A stretch of DNA of 64,000 bases from a virus (IMGVR_UViG_3300028393_000001:32001-96000); one strand, 5' to 3'; shown: positions 17,328 to 27,564, counted from the stretch's first letter. Numbers and translations: made by a program. Notes: generated by a model not told the origin, from the sequence alone.

Positions 17328-18219
17328 TTTTTATTAAATTAATCCAATTATCAATTACCATTTTCCAGTCATAGTTTCTGATTGCGTGCTGCTGAATACT
17401 AACACAGCGTTCCTTAAACTCTCTGGGATTGTTTTTGTAGAATTGTATGGTTTCTACAGACCTCTCAACAAACTCTCGTTCCTCAACTGGAACCTCAACT
17501 GCACCACGTGGGCCAATTCTATTCCAGTGACCTACTGGTGTAGACACAACTAGGCGGCCTGCAGCTCCAGCTTCAAGGGCAGGTAGTCCTGCTCCTTCCC
17601 ACGTTGAGGACACTAATACGCAGCCTACAGTAGGGTAAAATCCTGGCATAGTAACAAAAGAGTTGTGGTAAAGTTGCGCTATTTTTAGGGGCAGTTTTAC
17701 CCTTTCAGCAACTTCGTCAATTAGGTGCGCACGTTTAATGTGGTTGTTATGACTAACCTTGTAGGCACCTGCATAGCCTAAGATTTCTAGTCGATCGGGT
17801 GGGTCTGCACGAAAGCGTTTTACATTCACAGCAATTGGAATAATAGTAGGCACTCTAGAGATGCCCAGTTCCTTAGCCTGTTCCTGCAGCCATTTTGAGA
17901 CTACTCCAAATCCCTTAAAACGGGCAGTTATTAGAATATCCATTTGTTGGTAGTATTCTAGGTCTTCACGGCTGTGAGCAACAGCAATACACTTTTCAGG
18001 AGGCACTCCATAGTGCTCTATACAAAGTCCACGTATACCTGTAGTAGAGGAGATAAAACAATCTATTTGACTGGTTAACTCCTGTACTTCATGTAGGGTA
18101 TATGCACGATTCCACGGCATAATAGCAGAAGTAATGTCATGCTCAGTTAGGTAGTTTGATAGGTCATAGTGTATAACACCATAAGCCCATTCAGGTTCAA
18201 TGTAGAATATTACTTTCAT
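17314..18219 (-). CDS. GT4-type glycosyltransferase
   Basis: SSTWEGAGLPALEAGAAGRLVVSTPVG (E-X7-E) and YDW motifs. Confidence 0.85.
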   Translation of the reverse strand: MKVIFYIEPEWAYGVIHYDLSNYLTEHDITSAIMPWNRAYTLHEVQELTSQIDCFISSTTGIRGLCIEHYGVPPEKCIAVAHSREDLEYYQQMDILITARFKGFGVVSKWLQEQAKELGISRVPTIIPIAVNVKRFRADPPDRLEILGYAGAYKVSHNNHIKRAHLIDEVAERVKLPLKIAQLYHNSFVTMPGFYPTVGCVLVSSTWEGAGLPALEAGAAGRLVVSTPVGHWNRIGPRGAVEVPVEEREFVERSVETIQFYKNNPREFKERCVSIQQHAIRNYDWKMVIDNWINLIKNDKH

Positions 18220-18562
18220 AGGACTAATACTGCTACCGCAAACAAGGATACAACTATAACTAATAAGTATATCTGTACGGGTTTCCAATCACGAGTTTTA
18301 TCAAACTCATGGTGTTCATCAAATCGTTTTAAGGCCATTAGCCTTTTGGAATTAAATCCTGACATCTCTATCTTTCATGTTTCAAAGTATTTTCTAATTT
18401 CTTTAAGAATTATCTCACGAGTAGCCTGAGCCATTCCTAGGTCGTAAGTTGTTGCAGCATGATGCATACCAATATCATTAACTACTGCATAAAGATGCGT
18501 GAATACTAATCGATTGTAATCACCTAAATCTTCTTTAAGTTGACACTGCTTTTGAATAACAT

Positions 18563-18763
18563 CTAAAATTTGCATTGTAATACGTCCTCGTATAATATTT
18601 TTCGCCCTGGTTTAGTTAAAAGACCGTCAAAAATATCTGTTGATCGTTGTAACATAGCAGATGCTAGTAACAATAATTCTGCATGGTTATCCGCAAGTTG
18701 AATAGAACTATCAATTAAGATCATCATTTCGCGCATTTTGCTAATTTTTTGTTCATTTGTCAT
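18563..18763 (-). CDS. Hypothetical protein (paralog of 9157..9354)
   Basis: Similarity to 9157..9354. Confidence 0.65.
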   Translation of the reverse strand: MTNEQKISKMREMMILIDSSIQLADNHAELLLLASAMLQRSTDIFDGLLTKPGRKILYEDVLQCKF

Positions 18764-18768
18764 ATTAT

Positions 18769-19092
18769 TTATACTGAAAAACTATTACCACATCCACAGC
18801 TATGTTTAGCATTAGGATTACTTATAACGAACTCTTTAGACATAAAAGAACCTTTATAGTCTATAGTAGCACCCGTTAGGTATTGCATACTAATCGCATC
18901 TATTAGTAGACGAAAGTTGTCTAAGGGTATTTCGAAATCATCTTCATTTGTTACCTCATCTAAGGTAAATCCGTAATTGAATCCCGAGCATCCACCACCT
19001 TGAACAAAAGTTCTAAGGCATATGCTTGGATTATCTTCTTCAATTAATATGTCTAATATTTTAGACTTTGCAGCATCGGTTACTGTAATCAT
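18769..19092 (-). CDS. erpA: A-type Fe-S carrier (ErpA/IscA)
   Basis: GGGCSGF.YGF and NPNA..SCGCG.SF motifs. Confidence 0.9.
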   Translation of the reverse strand: MITVTDAAKSKILDILIEEDNPSICLRTFVQGGGCSGFNYGFTLDEVTNEDDFEIPLDNFRLLIDAISMQYLTGATIDYKGSFMSKEFVISNPNAKHSCGCGNSFSV

Positions 19093-19444
19093 TTATGGCC
19101 GCCTTTATAGCATCTTCTGCTAAGATTGAACAATGTATTTTAACTGGAGGCAGGGCAAGCTCTTCAGCAATATGAGAATTATTAATAGTTAAAGCTTCAC
19201 TAAGTGTTTTACCTTTAACCCACTCGGTAACAAGTGAACTTGACGCAATCGCTGAGCCGCATCCATATGTTTTAAATTTGGCATCTGTTATAATTCCCTC
19301 AACTACTCGTATTTGTAATCGCATTACATCACCACAAGCAGGTGCCCCTACCATGCCTGTGCCAACTTCTGGATCATCTTTTTGGAATGATCCTACATTT
19401 CTAGGATTCTCATAGTGATCCAAAACTTTTGTGGAATAACTCAT
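19061..19444 (-). CDS. iscU: Fe-S cluster scaffold
   Basis: HYENPRNVG, APACGD, GCGSAIAS and LPPVKIHC motifs. Confidence 0.97.
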   Translation of the reverse strand: MSYSTKVLDHYENPRNVGSFQKDDPEVGTGMVGAPACGDVMRLQIRVVEGIITDAKFKTYGCGSAIASSSLVTEWVKGKTLSEALTINNSHIAEELALPPVKIHCSILAEDAIKAAINDYSNRCCKV

Positions 19445-21127
19445 TTTATTCTTCCCATAACTATCTTATGAACCCAACTATCTGTATAGTTAGGTTCTTC
19501 TATTACTTCTTCTATCTTAAATTCTTTTAATATACCAGCATAAGGGTCAAAATCGTTATAGAAGGCAACCTCAGCACAGTGACGAACTATAGATTCTGCA
19601 AACATATTAAGTGCCGTTTCAGGATCACTTAACTTACTGTCCTCTAGGGCTACAAGCATAAGTTCATCATACTCGTTAGCTACTAGGTGTATCCCTGCCT
19701 TATCCATATAATATTTTATAAATGCGTTCATTTTGGTTTCCTAGTAGACTCTATACTACAGTACGCATATGTGCCGGAGTTAGCACGTTCTGCTTTAGCC
19801 TGTGCGGTTAAGCAGCTACTTAATGTGAGGTATTTAAACTCTTCAAATTTAGATGGACGTGCTCCACCATCAATAAGAGTTATAACTAATAATATCCACA
19901 TTATTCTTCTTCCTCTTCTTCAATTTCTGTATCTTGGTCTGCTAAGGAGCCCGGGCACAAGGCCCAGTCTGATTGTACGCACTTAACATACCCATATATA
20001 ACATGAGTGCCAAAGAACAGTAATAAAACTGCTGTTGCAACGTATTTGTATATAAGTGGCATTTATGATTTAGATACTTGTTTTGATAATAATTCCATGT
20101 ATTTACCCATGCTTTCAATTTGAAAATGATGTAAGTACATATATAGTTTAGTTTCAGTAGGCCAGTCTTTGAATCTTTCAACTATGGCTGGATTAACTAT
20201 CTGTTCCATTTCTTTTAGGTATTCTTGTTGTTGTTTTTCAACTAAAGTCATGATCTTTCCAATGTTTCCAGGTCCATCCTAGAGTTTTTAAATCTTCTGT
20301 TACTTCTTCTGTGACTGTACCCTCTGGGACTACTTTCCAAGTAAGTGGAGGATCATCAAAGTCACCCCAGATACCAGAACAATACCAGCTCATGTAATCG
20401 CCTTCACCACGCATAGTGGCGATTACACTGCCTGAGTGACGCCAACTACAGTGCCAATCTTCTTGACCTTTAATCCACACAATATTGCATAGTGAGGCAT
20501 AAAGATGTTGAGCATAAAGCTCATTGCTTTGTACTTTTTCCATCATATAGGTGGAAGCATAGAGGTCGTGTTCTAAATTAACTTTCATTTTAATCTCTTC
20601 TATTACTCATTAGCTGAAGTTTAATACTAAAACCTAGTAAACTTAATTGTAGTTTTGGTCCCGCAAATAGTCGTGTATTCCAAGCAGCTTCTATGCCAAA
20701 TATGATATAACTATATCTAAATAATTCTAGGTTAAATGTATACCCATTCTTGAACACTTTTGAATAGTGAAAATACTCTCTAAAAGCTCCTGCTTTTTTC
20801 CACGGGTTTGTAATAACCAAATCTGCAAATATCATATTTTATCCTTTATTATACTAATCTTCAGGGTCTAAGTCAAGTGAGTATTGCTCGCGTTGACTAA
20901 ATCTACGTTCTTGAATAGTACGTTCTTTAAAAACTTTTTCTCTTGAGCACATTAGACACTTAGAATTACCACAATCTAAGGCATGATGCTTGGCTAATCT
21001 ATGCGGTTGAGATAGGTAGTAGTCTATACCAAATTCTTTAGCAATTTTTAATTGTTTAGCAATAGCGGCGTCATCTTTTAAAAGTCTTTTACTATGATTA
21101 AATTTATCCTGCTCATTGCTCATTGTA

Positions 21128-21463
21128 TTACCTGAAGAAAATAAGGGCCATAATAACTGATTGAATCATAAATCCAATAGTAATAACCATTACTATTAAT
21201 TGGTTCTTTTGAATCAAGGCTTGAGCAAACATTGCAAATAGGGCTGCCCATATTAATAATACCATATCTAGGATAGGTGTCTTATCGCTTAACCCGAACA
21301 TAAGTGTTAATAGGGTTGGTAGGGTTGAAGAGTGTAATAGGACTACTGATATAAGATGCAAACTAGTAGCGCTAATATTAGCAACGTGTTCTCCTATCCA
21401 AGACATAGGACTAAATTTATTTATTGTATCTTTAATGGTAAATTTCTCTATTTCGTCTATCAT
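21128..21463 (-). CDS. Membrane protein
   Basis: Three hydrophobic helices, directly downstream of the hydrolase. Confidence 0.65.
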   Translation of the reverse strand: MIDEIEKFTIKDTINKFSPMSWIGEHVANISATSLHLISVVLLHSSTLPTLLTLMFGLSDKTPILDMVLLIWAALFAMFAQALIQKNQLIVMVITIGFMIQSVIMALIFFR

Positions 21464-22017
21464 TTTACTCTTTCCGGTTTTGTTTGATAAAAAATATGGT
21501 GGCCTATCTTAGATACTTCTTCTAGACCTTTCCATTGTGGCTTTACATAGTCTGCGTGAAAGTATAAGGCGTTCTTTAGGCTAGGCAGGGTAAAACCTTC
21601 AAGTAATACCTTTTTAGCTGCTATTTCGCTGTCTTCCCAAACTTTTTTGTTTACTTTAAGTCTGCTTTCGCTGCCATCGCATAACCACGAAAATTGACAT
21701 ATTACTTTTTCATAGACAACATTTTTAGCATTGACCACGCCACAAATACCTGCGCCAAACCTGCCATCTTTTGCACGATTTAAAGTTACCTGGGCAACTG
21801 CGATCTTACCCTCAACTGGCTCACCGCTAGCTTCGTAGTACACATTGCGAGTCAAGCACTTTAACTCTCTATCCATTTCACTAATTGATTTAAACTTAAT
21901 GATTACATCACCATCTTGTTCCATTAACCTATTAGTTCTAAATTCATAAACCTTTTCAACAATAAGTAGGGGTATAATTAAAGTTGTAGAAAGGATTGCT
22001 GCTTTTATGATATTCAT
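21460..22017 (-). CDS. SleB-like cell wall hydrolase (Hydrolase_2)
   Basis: CLTRNVYYEASGE, AVAQVTLNR, CQFSW, LYFHA and IGHHIFY motifs. Confidence 0.9.
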   Translation of the reverse strand: MNIIKAAILSTTLIIPLLIVEKVYEFRTNRLMEQDGDVIIKFKSISEMDRELKCLTRNVYYEASGEPVEGKIAVAQVTLNRAKDGRFGAGICGVVNAKNVVYEKVICQFSWLCDGSESRLKVNKKVWEDSEIAAKKVLLEGFTLPSLKNALYFHADYVKPQWKGLEEVSKIGHHIFYQTKPERVK

Positions 22018-22995
22018 TTAGCATTCTCCTCTAGTAAACATAGTATAGCTGTTGTTATTTCTGTATCTGCTTTAACCAATTCAATTGCTTCTAAGTATGA
22101 ATTAGCCTGTACTTCCCACTGGGCTAGTTGACTGTCTATCTTTGCGTAAATTTTGTAACTGTGCATCCTGCTCCTTAATAGTCTGTCTGTACACCTCTAC
22201 CTCTTGTAGCAAGGCAGCTTCTCTTTGTTGAAGCTGCATTAATGCTTGCAAGTGTATTTGGTGTTGATCTTCCAGACTCTTGATATGAGATGCTGCTCTG
22301 GTAGCCAGAGCTGTTGGTGGACGGACAATTTGATTACCATTGGCATCAATTTCCATAGTTCCGTTAGTTAAAGCTGTTGCTATATCCATATTAATAATAA
22401 AATAATGATAGTTGAAGAAACATTATACGTGTTTTAGCTCATAAAATCAAGTCAATTTTTACGCACTCCTGCCCTTGGTCTACTGAGTTAAGCATATAAA
22501 TTTAAATTTGAAACTTTTTCTAAAATTTTGTAAAATATATCTTTAGAAGGAGACGACTATGACCGAGATTGAAGCAGCTTTTTTCTACGGAGACTTCAGC
22601 CTTATCAATGAGATTTTAGGAGATTTGCTTGGTGAGATTCATCAAGATACTCCCATAGCTTAAAAAATTTTTATTAAAGAACTTACAAAATGAAATACGA
22701 AAATTTTGATACCTGGATGACAATGGTCAACTTACAAGTTGAGCGCTTCTGCGGACTTGGAGTTGATGACATACCTGACTACAACTACTGGGATAACTTC
22801 GATGCTGGCATTAGTCCTGAGGACACTGCTCATGAAGCTCTTGAGGCCGCTGGCTATCAGTTTTAGAGTATAAAAATTTGGTATTGACTTGGTGTGGTGT
22901 TTAAGGTATAATAAATGTTCTATTAAAAATAGTCTGACAAAGTCTGATAATTTTTTATTTAACAAAAAAAGGAATATATCCAAAAAGGATTACTA

Positions 22996-23322
22996 ATGCC
23001 GCTAACTAAACCACAACCTTACACCGAGGAAGATACCACTACTATAGTTAGTAGGTATCGAGCAGGTGAAACAACGGAAACTATAGCTGAGAGTACTGGT
23101 AGGTCTCACCGATCTATTATTGCAAAACTTTCACGAGAAGGCGTATATGTTTCTAAAACGAAACCTCCGTCAACAAAGGCCACTAAAGTGGAGCTTATAA
23201 CACATATTGCAGAGATGGTAAATATTGATGTCAACGCGATCGCTACCTTAGAGAAGGCAACACATGATGCCTTACAAGAATTACACGATGCAATTCAAAT
23301 TCTTGCAAAGCAGGCAAAATAA
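22996..23322 (+). CDS. A2-like DNA-binding protein, paralog 5
   Basis: RSIIAKLSREGVY and TLEKAT motifs. Confidence 0.7.
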   Translation: MPLTKPQPYTEEDTTTIVSRYRAGETTETIAESTGRSHRSIIAKLSREGVYVSKTKPPSTKATKVELITHIAEMVNIDVNAIATLEKATHDALQELHDAIQILAKQAK

Positions 23323-23376
23323 AGCATAAAAAATTTATATTTGACTTTGAGTCCTCAATCCGGTATAATTTATTTA

Positions 23377-23504
23377 TAAACAGTCGGGAAGCCGATATGC
23401 ACAGGGGGTGCAATTAGCGTTTGTCAACGACACCTTCGACCACTACTCAGGCATTGTATAGGCCTACATCTGCGAAGTTAAGTCATAGTGGCAACGACTG
23501 TTTA
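23377..23504 (+). ncRNA. Helix-closed structured RNA
   Basis: Starts right after TTGACT-17-TATAAT (23341-23369); closing helix TAAACAGTCG/CGACTGTTTA. Confidence 0.6.
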
Positions 23505-23547
23505 ATTTTTTACTTGAATTATATAGTGTTTTACTGTATAATTGATA

Positions 23548-23639
23548 TTTATAAGGGTGGAAAGCGGATGCAATTCACGGCACGCTTCCTTAATTGTGGC
23601 GAATAACTTATCCGAGCCACAGCCCAAAGCCCTCATAAA
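23548..23639 (+). ncRNA. Helix-closed structured RNA
   Basis: After promoter 23514-23542; TTTATAAGGGT/GCCCTCATAAA closing helix with two inner stems. Confidence 0.5.
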
Positions 23640-23640
23640 C

Positions 23641-23766
23641 AAAAGTTCAGACAGTTCTAGACTGGCCGGATTAGCAACTGTGCGTAGATAACCCACGACT
23701 AGTAGTGCTCGGCCGAGCACCGAAAGCGTCCATGCTACGACATTGTTAATAGTTTGCTGAACTTTT
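23641..23766 (+). ncRNA. Helix-closed structured RNA
   Basis: AAAAGTTCAG/CTGAACTTTT closing helix; inner GTGCTC-GGCC-GAGCAC hairpin. Confidence 0.55.
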
Positions 23767-23856
23767 CTTTATGGGTGTTATGTGTTCCCCGCCCATGATA
23801 GGGAGTAACAACTTAATTGCAGGCGAAATCACTACCTGTAGCCCACCGTAATCTTT

Positions 23857-23931
23857 GCTCGATTCGTCTATCGGTTAGGACACCAGCCTTTCACGTTGGT
23901 AAGACCGGTTCGATTCCGGTATCGAGTACCA
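23857..23931 (+). tRNA. tRNA-Glu(TTC)
   Basis: Cloverleaf, CCA end. Confidence 0.95.
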
Positions 23932-24075
23932 AATTTCTATGTTGTTCTAGTTTGCTAGAGCACTTAGACACCCAAGATCAGACCAACAGTTAGTAATGAT
24001 AGATTATTTATAATCCGTCGAAACCTGCGGTGGCGTAACAACTGACTGAACTAGGCTGTCGCCTTGACCTAGTTC

Positions 24076-24224
24076 CTATTATTTAGTGTTATCAGGGTAT
24101 CGTCATAGGACGCTATGACTATGCGGGCCTAACTGTGCGAGGAACAGGTCCTAATATAACTGCTAGTCGCTTGCCAGAGGAAGCACCTTTGTTGGCAAAT
24201 TGGCACGATAGCACTAAATAATGG
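24076..24224 (+). ncRNA. Helix-closed structured RNA
   Basis: 18-bp closing helix 24076-24093/24207-24224 with several inner stems. Confidence 0.65.
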
Positions 24225-24227
24225 TAG

Positions 24228-24378
24228 AGAGTTAATGTTAAAAATGGGTACTCAAAATATCCGTTCTTGAAGGTTCAATTCCTTTAATTTGTAGTCAGGT
24301 GAGAAGCGTGGGCAAAGGTTAGAGATCAACTAACCGCTACAGATAATATGGTTATTAAGTAATAAAAACATAGACTCG
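24228..24378 (+). ncRNA. Structured RNA with T-loop-like hairpin
   Basis: AAGG-TTCAATT-CCTT; ends pair imperfectly. Confidence 0.45.
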
Positions 24379-24474
24379 CCATATATTAGCATTCTGTAAT
24401 TCAAGAGGCAGAGAAGCCCTTTAATATGGGGTGTCGTGTAGATTTCAAGTATCTACCAGAGTGCTAATATATGG
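24379..24474 (+). ncRNA. tRNA-like cloverleaf on an 18-bp extended acceptor helix, no CCA
   Basis: D-like arm, GCCCT-TTAATAT-GGGGT arm and GTAGAT-TTCAAGT-ATCTAC arm. Confidence 0.6.
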
Positions 24475-24555
24475 GAGAGTACGGGTGATATGTAAGGGTT
24501 TCTCTAAGCCCTGATGATTGGAATTCCTAAGTTAGCCAACAACTAACCCCATAAC

Positions 24556-24659
24556 TTATCCTTCTGATGAGCTTGTGAAATTCAAGCGAAACTCTAACAC
24601 AACCCGCTAGGGTCTTACCCTTTCAACCTAGTTTGAGGCGTTACGAGTCAAGGAATAAA
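24556..24659 (+). ncRNA. Type I hammerhead ribozyme
   Basis: Stem I TCCTT/AAGGA, CTGATGA 24564-24570, stem II GCTTG/CAAGC, GAAA 24588-24591, stem III CTC/GAG, GTC cleavage triplet 24647-24649. Confidence 0.88.
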
Positions 24660-24716
24660 AAAGATAGCCGTGTTGCCACTTATAGTATTGCGTCGCCGCT
24701 GGAACTAATTCCTCTT

Positions 24717-24752
24717 AGCCCTGTAAGGTTTGCCCTTACAGGGCTTTGCTTT
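24717..24752 (+). terminator. Terminator of the ncRNA operon
   Basis: AGCCCTGTAAGG/CCTTACAGGGCT plus T-rich tail. Confidence 0.8.
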
Positions 24753-24836
24753 CACTAAAATATGTTACCATAAAAATTTTAGCTGTTGACATAAGATGCC
24801 ATAACTGGTATAATAAGGCAAAATAAAGGTCTACCA

Positions 24837-25031
24837 ATGAGTTCTTCTTATACCTATGTCAAAGAGTTAGAGTTATTAATTTTGGATAAATTACTTCCTG
24901 TTTATGAAAAGCACCAGAAGTCTCAAGGAGTAATAAGCCCCTTTCAGGGTATTAATCAAGATTTATTATCTCAGATAAAAGCAAAGAAAAAACTCCCTGC
25001 GCTCCTTAGGGCTAAGGAAAAACACACTTGA
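24837..25031 (+). CDS. Hypothetical protein
   Basis: Follows TTGACA-16-TATAAT. Confidence 0.6.
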   Translation: MSSSYTYVKELELLILDKLLPVYEKHQKSQGVISPFQGINQDLLSQIKAKKKLPALLRAKEKHT

Positions 25032-25268
25032 CCTGGCCAGAGAATTCAAGTATAATTACTTATTGCGCGGAATTTGGCGTTGTCCGCGTTTATTTAAATT
25101 AATCATAACTGTCTACAATTCATCATCGAAGCACGGCTCTGCACAGCCACGCAGGACAGACTGAATGTAGTATAATAAGTCTTTTTGCAGAAAGCATATA
25201 CGGTAGTCTCTTTTACAAGAGATTACTATAGTATTTAAGGTAAGTACTATACTAATCTTTATAATAAC

Positions 25269-25733
25269 ATGATAACACCTACAACAATACCAGCAATACC
25301 AGCAATAACTCCTGAAGAGCTAAAAGCCCTCTGGCCAGACCATCCAGCACATAGTACGGATACCGCAACAACAGAAACATTTACTGACCCTAAATCGTGG
25401 CCGTTTCCAGAAATAGACCATGACTGGAACCGCTTAGCAATAGACCTAAACACTCTTCCTCAAGACTCAACCCTTCAAGTCTTAGATGAACGTGCAAAAA
25501 ATTACGGTAAGTTCTCAGGTATTGGACAACTTACGCAGACGTTTAAAGAGATTATGCGCCAAGCCCCCTCATGGGAAGGGATGCAGCCAGATCAAAAGGA
25601 GAGCCTGGAGATGATAGTGCATAAGCTGGCGCGAATTCTTAACGGAAACCCTGACTACGCAGATAGCTGGGTTGATATTGCTGGTTACGCACGCCTAGTA
25701 TCAGAACGTCTAGAAACAGGATTAGAAAGATAA
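25269..25733 (+). CDS. Phage protein, DUF6378-like
   Basis: ER...YG.F, QKESLEMIVHKLARILNG and DSWVDIAGYA motifs. Confidence 0.75.
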   Translation: MITPTTIPAIPAITPEELKALWPDHPAHSTDTATTETFTDPKSWPFPEIDHDWNRLAIDLNTLPQDSTLQVLDERAKNYGKFSGIGQLTQTFKEIMRQAPSWEGMQPDQKESLEMIVHKLARILNGNPDYADSWVDIAGYARLVSERLETGLER

Positions 25734-25765
25734 ACTTGATTTAGTAGTTAAATCTATTTATAATA

Positions 25766-26779
25766 GTGGCTATGTTTAATCAAAATCAAAAACGCGTTGG
25801 CTTTGCGTGTAAAATTCAAAGCCAAGAATCTACAGATTTAGCCAGTTGTAAGACCAAAGGTACTACAATTACATGGCTAAATAGCCAAACTAAACAAGCA
25901 GCCGCAGAGCGACTGTGGACCTTAATGCAAACTAATATAGCAGCCCTTAGTGCACAAGCAGATTGGGTAGCACAGCAACCACCAGGTTTGCGAATGTTTC
26001 GCCTAAGCAGCGACTTACTAACTGCATACTCTCACGATGACTGGATGTGGTTTTACTTTCAATCAGATGTAGTAGACTTCTTAGAACGGAATCTACTAAA
26101 AATCGGTGATAAGTTCCGTGCAGCAGATGTACGTGTTAGCTTTCATCCAGGTCAGTTCTGTGTCTTAGCATCAGATAATCCAGGTGTAGTTGAAAATTCA
26201 ATTACCGAGTTCGAGTACCATGCCGACCTTATCAGGTACATGGGCTATGGTAAAAAGTTTCAAGACTTTAAATGTAATGTACACATTGGCGGTAAACAAG
26301 GCCCCAAAGGTATTATCTCAGCCCTACAACGACTAACACCCGAGGCCCGTAATTGTTTAACTATTGAGAACGCAGAGTTTACCTGGGGTTTAGATGCCTC
26401 ATTAGAACTAGTAGACCACTGTGCCTTAGTCCTAGACATTCATCACCACTGGATTCATTCAGGAGAGTATATTAACCCAGAGGATAGTCGTGTTAAACGA
26501 ATTCAAGAATCTTGGCGCGGTGTCAGACCAGTTATCCACTATTCAGTTAGTAGGGAGGACGTACTCCCAGATCATTGTGGACGAACACGGCCTGACCTCC
26601 GAGAGCTTAAATCAATGGGATTTACAGCAGCTAAACTCCGAGCACACTCAGAGTTCTACTGGAATCAAGATGTAAATCAGTGGGCTACCACTTTCCTAGA
26701 CCACGCCGACATTATGTGCGAGTCTAAGCAGAAAAATACTGCCTCTGAACAGTTTGCCAAAGAAGTAGGTCATGTATAA
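25766..26779 (+). CDS. uvsE: UV damage endonuclease
   Basis: GFAC, MFRLSS, SFHPGQFCVL.S, TIEN, LDIHHH and IMCESK motifs. Confidence 0.92.
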   Translation: MAMFNQNQKRVGFACKIQSQESTDLASCKTKGTTITWLNSQTKQAAAERLWTLMQTNIAALSAQADWVAQQPPGLRMFRLSSDLLTAYSHDDWMWFYFQSDVVDFLERNLLKIGDKFRAADVRVSFHPGQFCVLASDNPGVVENSITEFEYHADLIRYMGYGKKFQDFKCNVHIGGKQGPKGIISALQRLTPEARNCLTIENAEFTWGLDASLELVDHCALVLDIHHHWIHSGEYINPEDSRVKRIQESWRGVRPVIHYSVSREDVLPDHCGRTRPDLRELKSMGFTAAKLRAHSEFYWNQDVNQWATTFLDHADIMCESKQKNTASEQFAKEVGHV

Positions 26780-26868
26780 TATACTACAAGTTATAGTGGG
26801 TATTTATTTATTTGAAATACTTACAGCTATAGTAATAGCTATATGGTTTCATTATAGGGGTTATTAGT

Positions 26869-27138
26869 ATGATACACGTATACGCAAGATTAGATAATCC
26901 AGTTGGAGAGCACGACTACCACAATTTGGGTTGCTATAATAAACAGCTTACTAAAAATAAAACACTAGAACTTGAACACAGTTTTTACTTAGGCATACTA
27001 TTTGCCCTAGACTTTCAATTCTATCCTCGCGCAGATCATGGCGGATTACGAATACACTTAGGCCTATTAGGTTACAATGTTGATTTTCAAATTCGCGATA
27101 ACAGGCATTGGGACGGTGATATGAATGACTGGCATTAG
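26869..27138 (+). CDS. Hypothetical protein (similar to 20590..20835)
   Basis: NP..., LE and G..I.L.LLG pattern. Confidence 0.6.
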   Translation: MIHVYARLDNPVGEHDYHNLGCYNKQLTKNKTLELEHSFYLGILFALDFQFYPRADHGGLRIHLGLLGYNVDFQIRDNRHWDGDMNDWH

Positions 27139-27203
27139 TATAATGGATAATACAGGGGATTTCTACTCCCTAGATGTGGGTTCGATTCCTGCATGCCGGA
27201 CCA
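27129..27203 (+). tRNA. tRNA-Arg(TCT)
   Basis: Cloverleaf, CCA end. Confidence 0.9.
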
Positions 27204-27469
27204 AATTATTAACTTGAATCTCTAGTTAAAATCAGTTATAATAAATCTTTTCGGAGACTACTATGGCAGGATATTCAAGAGAATTTTTAATTGATGCCTT
27301 TGTTAGCCGTTATGAGGTACTTAGTGACGAAGTAGTCGCTAGACAAAGGCAGTTAGCAGAAAAAACATACGATGAAGTTGGTAAAGATAAATTCCGTGTT
27401 CTTGCATCTTTAGATGCAGATGCCATTAAGGAATTTAAAGTTGCAACGGGTCGTAAAGGATAATTAGTT

Positions 27470-27558
27470 ATCTAAGATGTGCACCGCGTACCACCTAGCC
27501 CCTTGGCAATATTAATTGCGAAGATTTTAATATATAGGGCGCATCGCACATCTTAGAT
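27470..27558 (+). ncRNA. Helix-closed structured RNA
   Basis: Perfect 13-bp closing helix ATCTAAGATGTGC/GCACATCTTAGAT. Confidence 0.6.
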
Positions 27559-27564
27559 TTATAT

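Noticed and set aside
23985-24046. Hammerhead-like three-way junction after tRNA-Glu
   Set aside because: Has GAAA but lacks the CUGAnGA core; kept only as an unnamed structured unit
24505-24545. Second hammerhead at CTGATGA
   Set aside because: No GAAA after the putative stem II
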